From Ostrea edulis (taxonomy: Eukaryota): 64,000 nt of DNA. Where the stretch lies: positions 36,704,001-36,768,000 of the forward strand of contig NC_079172.1 of NCBI RefSeq assembly GCF_947568905.1, given 5' to 3'. This document shows, in pieces, positions 12,241 to 24,850 of the stretch (position 1 is its first letter; each line of letters starts with the position of its first letter). A model generated the notes under the pieces. The model did not search any database. It was not told the origin of the DNA and saw only the letters and a program-made list of their open reading frames with translations. Position numbers and translations under genes: made by a program.

Positions 12241-14148
12241 GGACATGAGGGGCGATGTGGCCAAAAATAACTCGTCAATGAATATTTTTTCTTTTTTTCA
12301 TGAAGCACCATCAGGATGTCCTGTACAATGTGTATAAATTTCATGGCCACTTTCTAGGTATACAAGGGAGATAATAAGCTTTGAATTACCCCCCTTTTCG
12401 AAAATTGTGAATTTTACAAGATTATTCCGATTTTCAATTCAAAAAAATAATTTGATGGAATTTTTATCTATATCTTTTAAATTTTTTTTTAGAATATATG
12501 TAAAATATAAAATATATAATAATAAAATGCTTAAACATAACCATATAATAAGAAATTGGGAAAATTTAAGGATTTGGGGTGGAAATTGGTTCTCAAAAAC
12601 AGGGTAGTCCAGATACTAAATGAAGCACTGCTCAAAAACTTGTCAATGATTTTTTTTGCAAACACTGCAATTAAAAGCTATTCATATACCCAACTTCCTG
12701 TAGAAATATGAAGGGGTGAAGCTAATCTTCATTTTGAGGTAGGCGTCCTTGAAGTTATACATTGATATGTTCACTTGGGGTTAGGCTTGGCGAAATATTT
12801 GTTATTAATAACTTTCAAGCTTATATTCTTTTCATGTACACATGTACAACTACTGTTAAAAGTAATGGGGGATGGGACAGTCACAATTTATTTCCACTAC
12901 AAAATTAAAAAAAAAAGAAGCTCATTATCAAAGACGGGGGGGGGGGGGGGGGGGGGGCAGCCTAATTCTTCTTGCCTGTTTTGGAATACATTGTTAGAAA
13001 CTATATTTGTTTTGAACCTACTGAAATATTTAGAATTTTCATAATTACGGAACAAAAATTGAGTTAATGGAAACAAATTAAATTTTTTTTAAATATACAT
13101 GTATATCTTAAACATGGCTTCGAACAAAACGTCTAGTCTAGCTCTACACAATACATCTTCTTTCAAACCACGGGTTAACGTCAATATGAGCTACTACTTC
13201 CTTTACTAGATCAACAGCATTTCCGCGGCCATGTTAGCTAGTGTCGCTTGACTCGATCGTCTCCATGCTATTTTTCAAGGTATTTATGTATCGCACATGT
13301 TGTGACTTTGCACCTTTTTCTTTTTCACATGTCTGCTTCTCGCATAAATTCCGACGTGTGTCATATTTTTTTTAATTAGTTATCATTTCCGCAGCAGTGC
13401 TTCGTAAAGATAGTAAAAATAATTTGTAATATGACCTAGTTTCAGAGATAAAGCGTACTTATATTTACATGAAAATGCATGCAAAAATTAAACATTCCTA
13501 GTATGGACGTTAATATTTGACCAAAAGTAACGATTGTCGTCATAAGGAGGGGGGGTGGTGTATTTTTCGCAAACAAGGATCGATTATAAAAGCACCTGAA
13601 TAGTGTGTATGTTTCCCAAGCAAGATTCGGAGAAATGTGTGCCCAGTTCTAGTTTCACACTATTATTGTAAATATCAACAAACGATCATCATCTTACACT
13701 TGCACTGAGTCAGTGTTTACAGACGGTTGACTTTCTTTTTGTAAATGCCTAGAGATGCAAATTGCATGTGCATGTAGGAGCGATTTCGGTGAGTTGTAGG
13801 CTATACTATCAAAATTATTGTGGCTCATACTATACATATATATAATATATGCAATGTATATATATCAAAAAGAGACTTGTAATCACTATGAAATAAAAGG
13901 AAAATTATCATTTGACAAGAATTCAATCAACAGATTTACACAAAACACTTGACAGCGATAGCAAATTACAACAAAATATGATGACATTTTCCCCGCGATG
14001 CAACGTCGTGACGTACTTTTTTATTATGACGTCGTATAGTGTGTCTGTACAGTATTGGGATTTTTCTCGGGAAGCTTAACTACGCTGCGTCCGGTTCTAA
14101 ATTTATAATAAATTTGCAACCATCACGTGATCATCGTCCCGCATATCC
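12241..14148. mobile_element. 1908-bp Kolobok-like non-autonomous transposon
   Basis: TTAA duplicated at 12237-12240 and 14149-14152. TIR GGACATGAGGGGCGATG vs GGATATGCGGGACGATG (3 mismatches in 17). The empty site has a single TTAA at 37165-37168. Confidence 0.9.
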
Positions 14149-15485
14149 TTAATGTTAAGCCTGTTTGTTCTATTGCTAAAGAGCTTCATTGCCAGCATCT
14201 ACCTTCACTGAGCTTCCATCATCATGAAAGGTGAAGATAACGAACAGCGATCAATCTCAAAACTCCATTTTGATTATCCAGGCCAAATTAATCCTTTCGG
14301 AGGGGTTAGGGCTGGGTGTCCTGTTGAGGTCGAAATTTGTTTTTCTATACTTGGTGACCAAGTGGATTGATCCTATCCAATCCTGTAAACTCTATGTCTC
14401 GTTTTACTATTTCATTCCATGTCAGCTTTGGTCTATCTGTGATGACCTTAACTGTTGATCATGATACACGACATTATCTGACAAATCTGCAAAAATTATT
14501 TAGAAGAGGAATTAATAAAACGTCTTCGTAAAAGGTAGCAATGAATAGCAATAAATGTATAGTTAGATGAAAATCATAATTTCTATTCCTAAAAAATAAG
14601 TGTTTATCAGCTGTAAATCTTAATTCACATATCAATTATCATTTTTAAAGATTCAAAGTGATACAGATATCATAAATATTTTATGACAAATATATCATAA
14701 TTATAGTACCACAATATTTTTGCTGTATTTTAACAGGAGGCTGTCAAAATACAAATCATTAATTATACTCCTAAAGGTGCAAATCAAATCTTGTATATAT
14801 ACCTTTTCTCAAAACATTTTTAATGAGCTGTATTGCACCTGTTGTAGACTCTCTTTCGGACTGGCTCATATTGTTGGGAATATAGGCATCTAGCTCTCCT
14901 GGTACCATGCTATTTTTAACGAATATTGTCATTTCTTTGTTATGTCAAAGCCATTTGTTCTCCTTGATGCGAAATTATGTTTGACTGAAATTACAGTGAA
15001 AGTTTTTTAAAAACAAAAAATCTAGTAGACATGTACATTCAAGTAATACCTGTTCCCTACCACTTCTAACTGTACCAGTATTTGTTCAAATTCAATGGAA
15101 CCACTGCACTTCATATACATGTACTATTTAATTTTGTCACAATGCACAGTAATGGAGAGGGTGTTACAACTTACATGTACCAGATAAGACATACATGAAT
15201 CATCAATATTCTACCTATTTACATCTGCCCTAGAACCTGATTTTCATGCACCCATGTTATGATAGACTGTATTATGGTATGTCTCAAGCTCTTCCATCTG
15301 TCTCTTAGCTTTTTCAAAAAATTCAAAATTTTAGTTTATCAATCCTTTTACCCACTAAGGTGATCTAATCAGCAATTAAAAAACTAATTAAGCTTTTGAA
15401 CATCATATCTAGCAAAGATACTTATGTACACATTTATGTAACTTTACAATAATAGTTATGCCCTGTTCACATGGTGGTTTTACTG

Positions 15486-16359
15486 CCGGGTTTTTAAGGT
15501 CATGATTTTAAAGGCCTGGGCCTTTCCAATGGGAAAAAATAGCGACATTTGATCGAAATTGGGAAAAAAAGTTTCATTCAAAGAAAATAGGGAGATAGTG
15601 TAAATTAAGATAGAAAATAGAGACATAGTGCATTAAGGTATCACATCGGTAATTATTTTCACTATAGATTACTAAGGAGGGGAAAAATATTTAAAAATCA
15701 GTTACAGAATTGACGCCGAATAACGCAGTCAGACACGTTCTATGTTACCTATCTCGTCTGCCGACACCAGAAAAACGACACCCTACGCGGCATTTTTGAA
15801 AATAAATTACCCGGAAACAAGACTACCCTCAAATCCACGTGTTTTTCACATGTGTGTAAACAGCCGGAGTGCACCTCAGGAAGTAGCCTCAGCTACCAAC
15901 AGAATATAGTTCCTTTGTATACACTTGGTTATTTCTACAAATTACACAAAATGTCCTAATCAGGGGTACAAAAATTAAGAGAAAAGAAGAAGAAGAAATG
16001 AGAAAAATCGCGCAAGGAAAAAAAATAGTTCTTTAAATATATAGAACTACAATTGACTAAGTTCATTTTGATTGGACAATTACCGGTGTGATACCTTAAG
16101 GTATGATTGGGCTCCTTCTAACTTTCAACATGTTCAATTTGGTTAAAGCTTACCTCATGCAAATAAGCAGAGACCAACAATTAGGTTTACTTAACAGTTT
16201 TGAAGCAAACTTGTAATCTGTGGGCCTGTGAAGAAGATTTAAGAATGATTAGGCTACCCTCCTTGCGAATTTCAAAGCAAAAATTGGGGAAAATATCTGA
16301 TTTTTGGCATTGGGAATGGGACCTTATTCCGACCCCCTACAGACCCTTAAAAAACCCTG
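15486..16359. mobile_element. TIR DNA element (CAGGG-type termini); paralog at 38503-39352
   Basis: CCGGGTTTTTAAGGTC vs reverse complement CAGGGTTTTTTAAGGGTC, with subterminal ATTGGGAAAAAA repeats. ACTG occurs on both flanks. Superfamily not resolved. Confidence 0.55.
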
Positions 16360-16764
16360 ACTGCAGATTTTGAATTAAAATTTTCAAACTTTAATGCGCA
16401 TGAAATAAAATTCATAGAATAGATACAGCCCATACATAATAGCAAATTGGAGTCGCATGCATCATACCCATGATTAGCAATTGATATATTTTTGTACAAA
16501 AAACTAATTCTAAAAAACTAATTCAATGTGAAAAAAAGTGAACAAACATTATTCCATGAGAAAATGTCATATATAGATTTGTGCTCACCATAGACACACT
16601 GGGTATATACATATGGAAGAAATTGCTTTTAAATAGTTTTGTGTTATTCATTAAAGAAATGAATCATAAAATTGATTTTAAAAAATCATGACAATGTGAG
16701 CTTGAAACCTAGCACTAACCACCTTTTCATCTATGAAACTTGAGAAACCCCCTATTCCGTCATC

Positions 16765-17930
16765 TAAATACAGAACAATTTTGTTACCTTCTTGTCATGC
16801 CATTTAAAACCTAAATATTCTTTGTCTAACTCATGCATAACTATGTGATGATACGCACGTTTTAGATCAAATGCAAAAAAGTAATAACCCGATTGAAAAA
16901 AATATCTAAACGTACTGGTATCCTCATACATGTACTTGTGTTTGAATTTAAACAAATGTGGATTGACACGCCTGCAGTCAAAAACCAGCCTTTGTTTGAA
17001 TTTATTACCTGCTACCGCCAACGGGTTTACTGTCCTTGGTATTTTTATTTACTTTCAGAATACAACCTTTCTCTACTATCTTTTTGATTTCTTTGGACAC
17101 AAACTGCTCATTGTTAACAGCAGATTTGTCGTTCTGCAATACAATATGTCCCGGTGTAGTAACCAAAGGCATCTGATAACCAAAGTTTAAAACGTCAATA
17201 ACAAAGCTATTTGCTCCTATCGAACGCCATCGACCTACATTTTTCTTAATTGCCATGATTACCATTTTCAAAATTTTCACTTATCTTATTCTTTTTCAAT
17301 TTTTCTGTGCAATCTTTCCTCCAGTGTCCCCTTTTGTTACAGCAGTAACAGTGCCCCGATCTCCAGATTCCCGTTGTTGTAGAGGTTGACTGTAAATCGT
17401 TTTGAGTCCTTGACGTTTCGTTCCACTTTCGCCTGAACCTTGTTAATTTTCTTTTCATCCTTCGAGTCCGATGTGATTGGATTTTTCACATATTCATTGA
17501 CAACTCTCCACCCTGCCTCAGACGAATCCGTAAGCCTGGTTAATTTTTGTCTATTCTTAACGATATCCAAACCTTCTGCTATTCTCTGTTGAGCTTCTTC
17601 CACCTTGTGATCCTGCAGCTCTTTACTTGCGTCCTTGAGTTTATTGTTGACTTGTGTTTGTGCTGCTCTTCGTTTCCCTTTTCTTGAATTTATGCCTGTC
17701 AGACAGAACTTCTTCGAATTTTGCTTCATGTTGTTCAGCTATACATTTCTGGTGATTGTTAATACTTTCCTGCACATCTGATAATCTGCTGTACCAAAGT
17801 TCTGAAAAACTGCTCAGAGAATTATCATTATTCGCATGCTGTAAAGTTTGGTTGATTTTGTCTTTGAACGGCCTCGGCGTCCATTTCTTTTAACCCGTGC
17901 AGAACGGCGACTAGATGTGATTGCATTAAC
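16765..17930 (-). mobile_element. DIRS-order (Ngaro-like) tyrosine-recombinase retrotransposon relic: gag with CCHC knuckle plus N-terminal RT
   Basis: Gag-like RQKLTRLTDSSEAGWRVVNEYVKNPITSDSKDEKKI, knuckle CYCCNKRGHWRKDC, RT KQRLVFDCRRVNPHL...FAFDLKRAYHHI...YLGFKW. Frameshifted and truncated before YxDD; no recombinase is present. Confidence 0.85.
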
Positions 17931-18124
17931 AAAACCTGCTCTTAAAACCCCTTACTAAGCATTTCTATTGGTCAGAACCCTAACACCATTCCATGGATCA
18001 TGCCACTATACAGGTTATATCATTTGAATACAAATAGTGAATACAACATTTTCCCGCTATGTTATCGAAACACAGGAAAATATAAGTATTTTATCTCAAG
18101 TGTAATTTAATCATTCGTACTTTC

Positions 18125-18265
18125 TACATTCTATCGCGTACTTATACGTGATTTGTACATTCTCTCGCGTACTTTTACGTGATTTGTACGTTCTCTTGCC
18201 TACTTATACGTGATTCGTACGTTCTCTCGCGTACTTATACGTGATTTGTACGTTCTTTTGCGTAA
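18125..18265. repeat. 31-bp minisatellite (CGCGTACTTATACGTGATTTGTACGTTCTCT-like)
   Basis: About 4 units here versus about 3 in the paralog at about 43205-43305. Confidence 0.85.
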
Positions 18266-20608
18266 ACATACACAGCAAATCTTTATATGTCTAAGTACAT
18301 AGCACTTTTTATGTAATTTGTACATTCTCTCACGTAAAAAGTTACTAATTTTATATATGTCTATTGCCTAAGTACATGCATATATTAACTTAATCTATAC
18401 GTGATTTATGCATTCTGTCTCGCATAAAAATACATATTAATTGTATCTATACGTGAAAGGTACATACTAATTGGAAATTAAACGAGAGTTACCTGTAAAG
18501 TGTTGTTTGTAATTATACAAAAACTATTGGAAAGGAATGGAAGAATCAAATGAGATAACGCCAGTGTATCTAGCCTCAGTGTTTAAGTCTAATTAATAGC
18601 CGAAATGTACTTGAACGAAGGGTAGGAAAAAGGTTAGACATGCAATTCATCCATTCCATTCTAGTAATTAATTTGAATTACAATCAAATATCAGCTTACT
18701 AAGCCTTACAGGTACATGTCTCGTATAATTTCCAATTCTACTTCATCACTGTACATGCTATTACGTAACCACATGAAATTGTCAAGCTTTAAATGCGTCA
18801 CAGAATTTAACATTTCTCGAGCCTTGGCGGGAGAAATATTCAAATCCAATAACGAATTTCATAAATTCCATCTGTCATAGGCACGAGTGTAAGATTCGAT
18901 TTATCACACAAGTATTCTTCAACGCAATATATTCTATTTGTTTATTTCACAACCCGACTGTCACAGAATTGTTTTGCTTTCAATTTGATTGTGACATCGT
19001 CGCAACGTCACGGTTTCAAGAAACTTGAAATTATTTTCACTTCATATAAGACAAAAAAATCCCATTGGAACAACCCTGTTGACAAAACAAAGTCTTTTAC
19101 CGCCAATGTTAACAATTTCAAAGGATGACATGTTGTTTTCTTCAGGTGGCGCATGAATGATTAACTTACCTAATTTGCATAATTATGAAACTGTGCTACG
19201 GGTTTATATCATTTTTTCGAACCCGTGTCATGAACCTGGGAAACGTACCGTTTTGTGATAATACAAATTAATTGATGATAATATGTCTTGTTCTTAAGTA
19301 AATATATACATCATTACATATGAACAGGGTATTTTTAGTTATCAGAACACTTTTATAAAGTCTGTCCCAAGCATGCCAAAGATGACTAGTTAATGCATTG
19401 ACATGCCGATGTATTCCTCAAATGCGTAACATTTACAAAACTATCCGTGCTCATGAACCGGTAAAACAATTAAATTTAAAAAAAAAAACCTACTTCTTTA
19501 AGAAAAGAGTCAATTCTAGATTCTGAATACGAATCAGTCAATTCCAGATTGTTACCGGTCAAGTTTGTTTCAAAGTGCTTAAATCATATCGCATTTAATA
19601 AACTGATATTTATCTTCAACTTCGATAAACCCAGGCAAATTTCGTCAAAACCAAATGATTTCATCCAGTCCAGAACAACTGCGACATCCGGAATTTCTGA
19701 ATATCTAGGAAAAGATGTTTTCTATCAAGCACCTTTAAGAAATCCTTTTAATAGTGCATGCTGTTACATACGACGATGAACAGCATCAACATGAGTCACT
19801 CCTTGCTGTATTGACACCATAATATTCAAAATTCAAGACCAGTATCATACAAAATTCTTTATAACTCTAAAACATGATTTACAATTGTGTAAAAGGAATG
19901 ACTTTCCGGTCCACCACAGAATGTCTTCCATTTACATAGATAACACACATATTATTTTTTCTATTCACGAAGACAACAATATGTCTTTAGTTTCCTCCAA
20001 TGAGTGTCTACTTTGGATTGATCTCCAGATCTTAAAGAAAGCAATGGGTTAAAAGTTTCCCAATATGTGAATGTTTCGTCATCTCTAGAATGTGGTGGCC
20101 AATCTGGCATTGTTAAGGTATCGCATAGCCGGTTTATTTGACAGATATATAATTCCTGCGTTAAAAAGAAAACGGCTATAAGGTACTTGTTGCTTGATCT
20201 AACGTCATTTTCTGAAAAACTGATATTATCATACAGAACGGGAGAAAACAAAACAATCTCAATCCAAAGCAAGAAATAGAGAAAGACATATATTGTGAAT
20301 GGTTTCAGCTGCAGTATTTATAGTTTTCCTAATTTATGATATTGCATGTACATTAGCATAGCAAATAAATCAATATTTGGACTAATATTAAACATTTCAA
20401 TGGCTCATTGAAAAACTCGTTTATCAAGTATTAATTTATGTATTTTCTTGTTTGAATATCTTCTTTCCAAAACTGCTTTGTAGTTTTACTTTACCTGAGA
20501 TATCAGCAGCTATAAGCCAAATATATGCCAGATGTATGCCCATATTCATATTTTCTAACCGTTCTATCGCTCTCTAACGAACAAGTAAATTCTTTTTCTC
20601 ATATATAT

Positions 20609-21150
20609 TAAAATAAAATTTAGAAATTCGTTTCAAAATTAATGATGATATCTCCCTCATGCATAGCTCTGATCCTTGGACGAATTTGACTCCAGTTCTT
20701 TTGGCACTCTAGTTTTCTTTTTAGCTCCTACAAGTTTATTGTTATTTCGAATTTCCTAAATTTCGGCTTGAGCATCAATGAAGAGCCATTATTTCTCGAA
20801 ATGCGCATCTGGTGCATCAGAATTGGTACCGTATACGTTTTACATTATGACCCCTGGGTCGATGCCTCTGCTGGTGGACTGTTAGTCTGCGAGGGTCTCT
20901 ACAGCCCAGTAGATAAGTACTTCGTTACTAGCTTGAAAATACAGATGTATATTAAATTCCTGAGATAAGATTTAGAAATTTATTTCAAAATTAAGGATGA
21001 TATCTCCCTCATGCATAGCTCTGATCCTTCGACGAATTTGGCTCCAGTTCCTTTGGCACTCTAGTTTTCTTTTTAGCTCCTACAAGTTTATTGTTATTTC
21101 TAATTTCCAAAATTATTTTTCGAAATGCACATCTGGTGCATCACAATTAG
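20609..21150 (+). mobile_element. About 1.5 tandem copies of a 352-bp retrozyme-like repeat inserted in a (TA)n run
   Basis: Period of 352 bp (TATCTCCCTC at 20649 and 21001). Contains a hammerhead-like motif. Absent from the paralogous site at about 45565. Confidence 0.8.
20772..20815 (+). ncRNA. Degenerate type I hammerhead ribozyme (probably inactive)
   Basis: GCATCA-ATGAAGA-GCC-ATTATTT-CTC-GAAA-TGCGCA-TC-TGGTGC: core C3 is mutated to A and stem II is disrupted. Confidence 0.6.
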
Positions 21151-24100
21151 TATATATATATATGCTACGGTAGTTGTATGTTTAGCTACAAATTTAACGT
21201 GCTTATCTTGTCTATCATTCCATGTTGCCAACAGTGAGGAAAAAACGCGTAGAGGTCTAAGACATTAAGATGATGATTGAGTTGAATCTTTCCATGGTAT
21301 ACCTATTGATGTATTAATTGATTGAAGGTTACACGTTTAGTCTATCAAACTTGCAATGGTTTTGGTTATGAAATCTGGTAACCTCGGTTCATGGGTACTT
21401 TAGAACCAACAATGTTCAGTTTCCACTGCTGCAAGTCTTTCCTACTTAGATTTTATCAATGGATTTCATATTGAACCTTTGATTCCAATAAAGTCGAAAT
21501 TTTTTCATTTTGTAATTGTCTATGAACTGCTCCGGTAGAGCTAACAAACATGATACTTAATTTTTAATGACAATGCTACGACAATGCTACGAATTTCTTC
21601 TAAATGAAAACGTTAAAATATCGAACAGTAACCAATCTCATAAATCCTTTAAAAATACAAAATTAAGAGTAAGACAAACAAGTACCCTTCGGCACAACAG
21701 AGGTGGGATCAGGAGCCTAGAAGGAATTGTGTACATATAGGAGTTACAATATATTGATCACCTTTTCATATATCCAATGGACAACAATGCCAGCCTCTTG
21801 TTGTTTAGGTACATTAAAGTATCCAAATGATTCTGAGTTAAGTCTATTTCATGGATAATAACTAGTGTCAAACGAGATAACTGGAAAGTTATTAACGAGG
21901 AAACGTAGAATTAGAAAATAAAGAAATACGTCCTCTTAAAGAACAAGGAAGTCCGATTCTAGAATAACCAACGTATATGCACTCAAGTAGGTGGTTAGAT
22001 TTGCTAAGGGTAAGGTTGCCTATAGATTGGATTAAGTCCTCCATCGATGTTTTTTGTATGTGTTGCAATAGATATATCCAACAAACTCACTATACTACAA
22101 TGGAAATCGTATAAGTCCCTGTAAAAAGAACTGATGTTAACTGTTTTAACTATTTACAATATTTATTTCAACATCAACAATTATCTTTACATTGCAAGAT
22201 CCTATGAAATGAAAGGTGAAGACAACGAATAATGATGAATCTCACAACTTCCACAAGCAGGGGTATTTTAAATAGAAAGATTAGATCTTTTCTGCAGTGT
22301 TTGATTCAAGCAGATGTCGTATTGGAGAGAGTTTTTCTTCTGATAATTTACATTGAAATCCATTGTGGGGAAGATATTTATGTCATATATAGATATGAAA
22401 GGATGCGATAAGATTTAACATTGGATTGATATATCAACTTACACTGTATCAAAAGGCCAGATATTCGGAACACCTCTGACCTAGAAAAATTAAATTAGGC
22501 CAAATGATACCCGAATCACATCTTTGTGATATCATTATGATCCTCGTTAGTTTCGTCCTCTGTATTCGATAATTTATTATTTTACACATATGTGTGTGAA
22601 CATCTTCACTTTGTTACTAGATTATAGAGTAACTTGTCACGGTAAGCTGGAGAGTTCTAAAAATTGCGTTTGTATCTAAAAAAAAAAAAAAAAAAATATT
22701 AGCGCAGTGTCTTCTCTATCCAAAACAACTCATACATTTTCGTTGTGCTTAATATTATTTAGTTAGTTTGAAAATCTGCATTTACGATATTTGTGTTACG
22801 GCATACTCAGATTATTATCTGATGAAAGCCTAGAAAGAGTATTTATTTCAATGTCCTAGGGTTAAAACTAATAAGTTGTGAAATAAAATACATACGTAAT
22901 CAAACTTTTTTTTTAAATATTCGAGACATATATAAACAGAATCAAATATTAAATATCAACTTCAGAACATCGCAATTTTCCTTCAACAGCATAATGAAAA
23001 TTTCACAAAAACTGGTTATAACGCTAAACTAGTATTAATGGTAGTTTTATGACACTGTTTCTTTACAAAATTATACAGTGTTTGTAAAAAAGGAAATATA
23101 TCGCATAATGGACTTAAGGTATTCCATGTATAATGACAGGATAATGAACAATTTTGAAGGATTTGGATCAACATAAATGTTTATTGTTAAATAATGATGA
23201 AAGTGAAGCAGATGAAATTCACATGACTGGTAAATGATTAGAAGCTGACCTTTTTGCACTTAAGACTTTTTGGAAGAGTTGTCTTCCCTTTGTAAAAATA
23301 AGAAAAATCTAATTTTCTAAAAATGTGTGTGGTCAATGATTAATTTTATTTCATATTTTCACTAAGAGAAAGTGTTTGTAACTTTCTACCAAGAGATTTG
23401 TGTGAAAATATAATTTCGTTCTATAAAATATTGTAATAAAACATGTTTTTCCTATATACTTCAATGTTAAATTCTAGGTGAAATAAATCAAGCAGTAAAC
23501 AAAATTTTCAAAATTCCTATGGTGGATTATTTTTATTTGATGAACCCTTCAAAATGATACCATGATTACCAAAATTCCACCATCCATTCTTAGATATGAA
23601 ATATGGTCATTATACAATGAGTACCTTAATAAAGAATTCTATGGAAACATGATTATTGTCCTTGGATTCAATATTTTGAAACATGTCATTGATTTTTCAT
23701 ATATGAATTAAATTTTTGAAATAATTTATATTTTAACAATAACCATTGGAAAAGACTCCAACAAAATTGATGTTGTCATCATGCATAGATCCAAAAAAAA
23801 AAATCCCCAAAAAAATCATCGATTTTGCAAAATCGGATGACGCAAAAGAGGTTGGTATTACTTTAAATGATAGAGAGCACTTAAAAGTTTCTTTGAACTA
23901 CTCAATTCCAGTATTGTGCAGTAGCGACATCAGCAAAAGATAATTTCATTGCACAAGAACCAATTTTGGGGACCCCTCTATAAAACTTTCTACGTCTTTC
24001 GAAATTCTCAAGGACTGAGGACTATTGTAATAATCAATGAATTCGTGTTTGCCCTTCTCTTAATTTTGTATTTTTGATAGGATTTATGAAATATGAGATG

Positions 24101-24347
24101 AACTGTTTTTATTCACACAAGATGAATACTGCAAGTAATAATGAAATAAAGGAAGTTGACGATGGGGAAGCCTAATTCACCCCCTTGTCATAAGCCAAAG
24201 TCATCCCCCTTGTCATAAACTTCAGTTGTTAACTTACACATATATTGTAATTCTTCAAGCCTTTGCATGCTAGTCTTTACTTTTCCATTATATAAATCTT
24301 TAAATCGATATGGCCATATGTGTCAAAAGAAGGAATGCCGAACAAAA

Positions 24348-24850
24348 TTAGTGATCCTAATTATTCGCGAACAATTAGAGGGCTTTCCACCTACCATGAT
24401 TAAGAAAAAAATTAAGAATATTCAAGATGATGTAAGAAACTCAAAAAGACCTTGAAAATCAAAAAAAAATAATTCAGGATGACCTTTGACTTTGACCTAA
24501 TATTGAAGGTCAAAGGTCATCGGTCTTAATGCAAGTGGCCCCATGTCTCTTGCTATATTAATATAAAAGTTATAGGCTTAAATAATGATATTGGATACTT
24601 TCAAGGGCAATAACTATGCTTAAGGGTTTTTCTATCCCTTTGATTAATTTTTCTATGCAAGAGGGTTTTACTGTGAATTCATTAGCGAAGGTTTCGTGTC
24701 TCTATGACTTTCCGTTAAGCAGGACTAGCGATAACAAGGTTTTTAACGCGAGTCTCCGAAATTCACAAAAGGGTCAAAGTTCAAAGTGCATTTCGAAAAG
24801 AAAGAAAAAAGAAGAAAAAACCACACAAATCAATAAAAATAATCAAATTT
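24348..24850 (-). mobile_element. Truncated HINE of the same family as 40794-42831
   Basis: Hairpin CTAATTATTCGCGAACAATTAG (24357-24378) followed by AGGGCTTTCCACC is the reverse complement of the 42.8 kb terminus. TGACCT / AGGTCA motifs lie inside. Confidence 0.7.

Larger units (their letters stand above)
10205..24340. repeat. Segmental duplication B, copy 1; paralog at about 31222-48335
   Basis: 10205-11111 matches 31222-32057. 11153 to about 20600 matches 36147 to about 45570 (near-identical apart from indels). Weaker homology continues to about 24340 / 48335. Confidence 0.95.

Noticed and set aside
18125-18265. Regular 31-bp repeats superficially like a CRISPR array (likewise the 48-bp array)
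   Set aside because: Head-to-tail units with no unique spacers, no cas genes, and a eukaryotic context.
22811-22845. CTGATGA...GAAA hammerhead-like text
   Set aside because: No paired stem II, no cleavage triplet or stem I; not conserved in the paralogous region.
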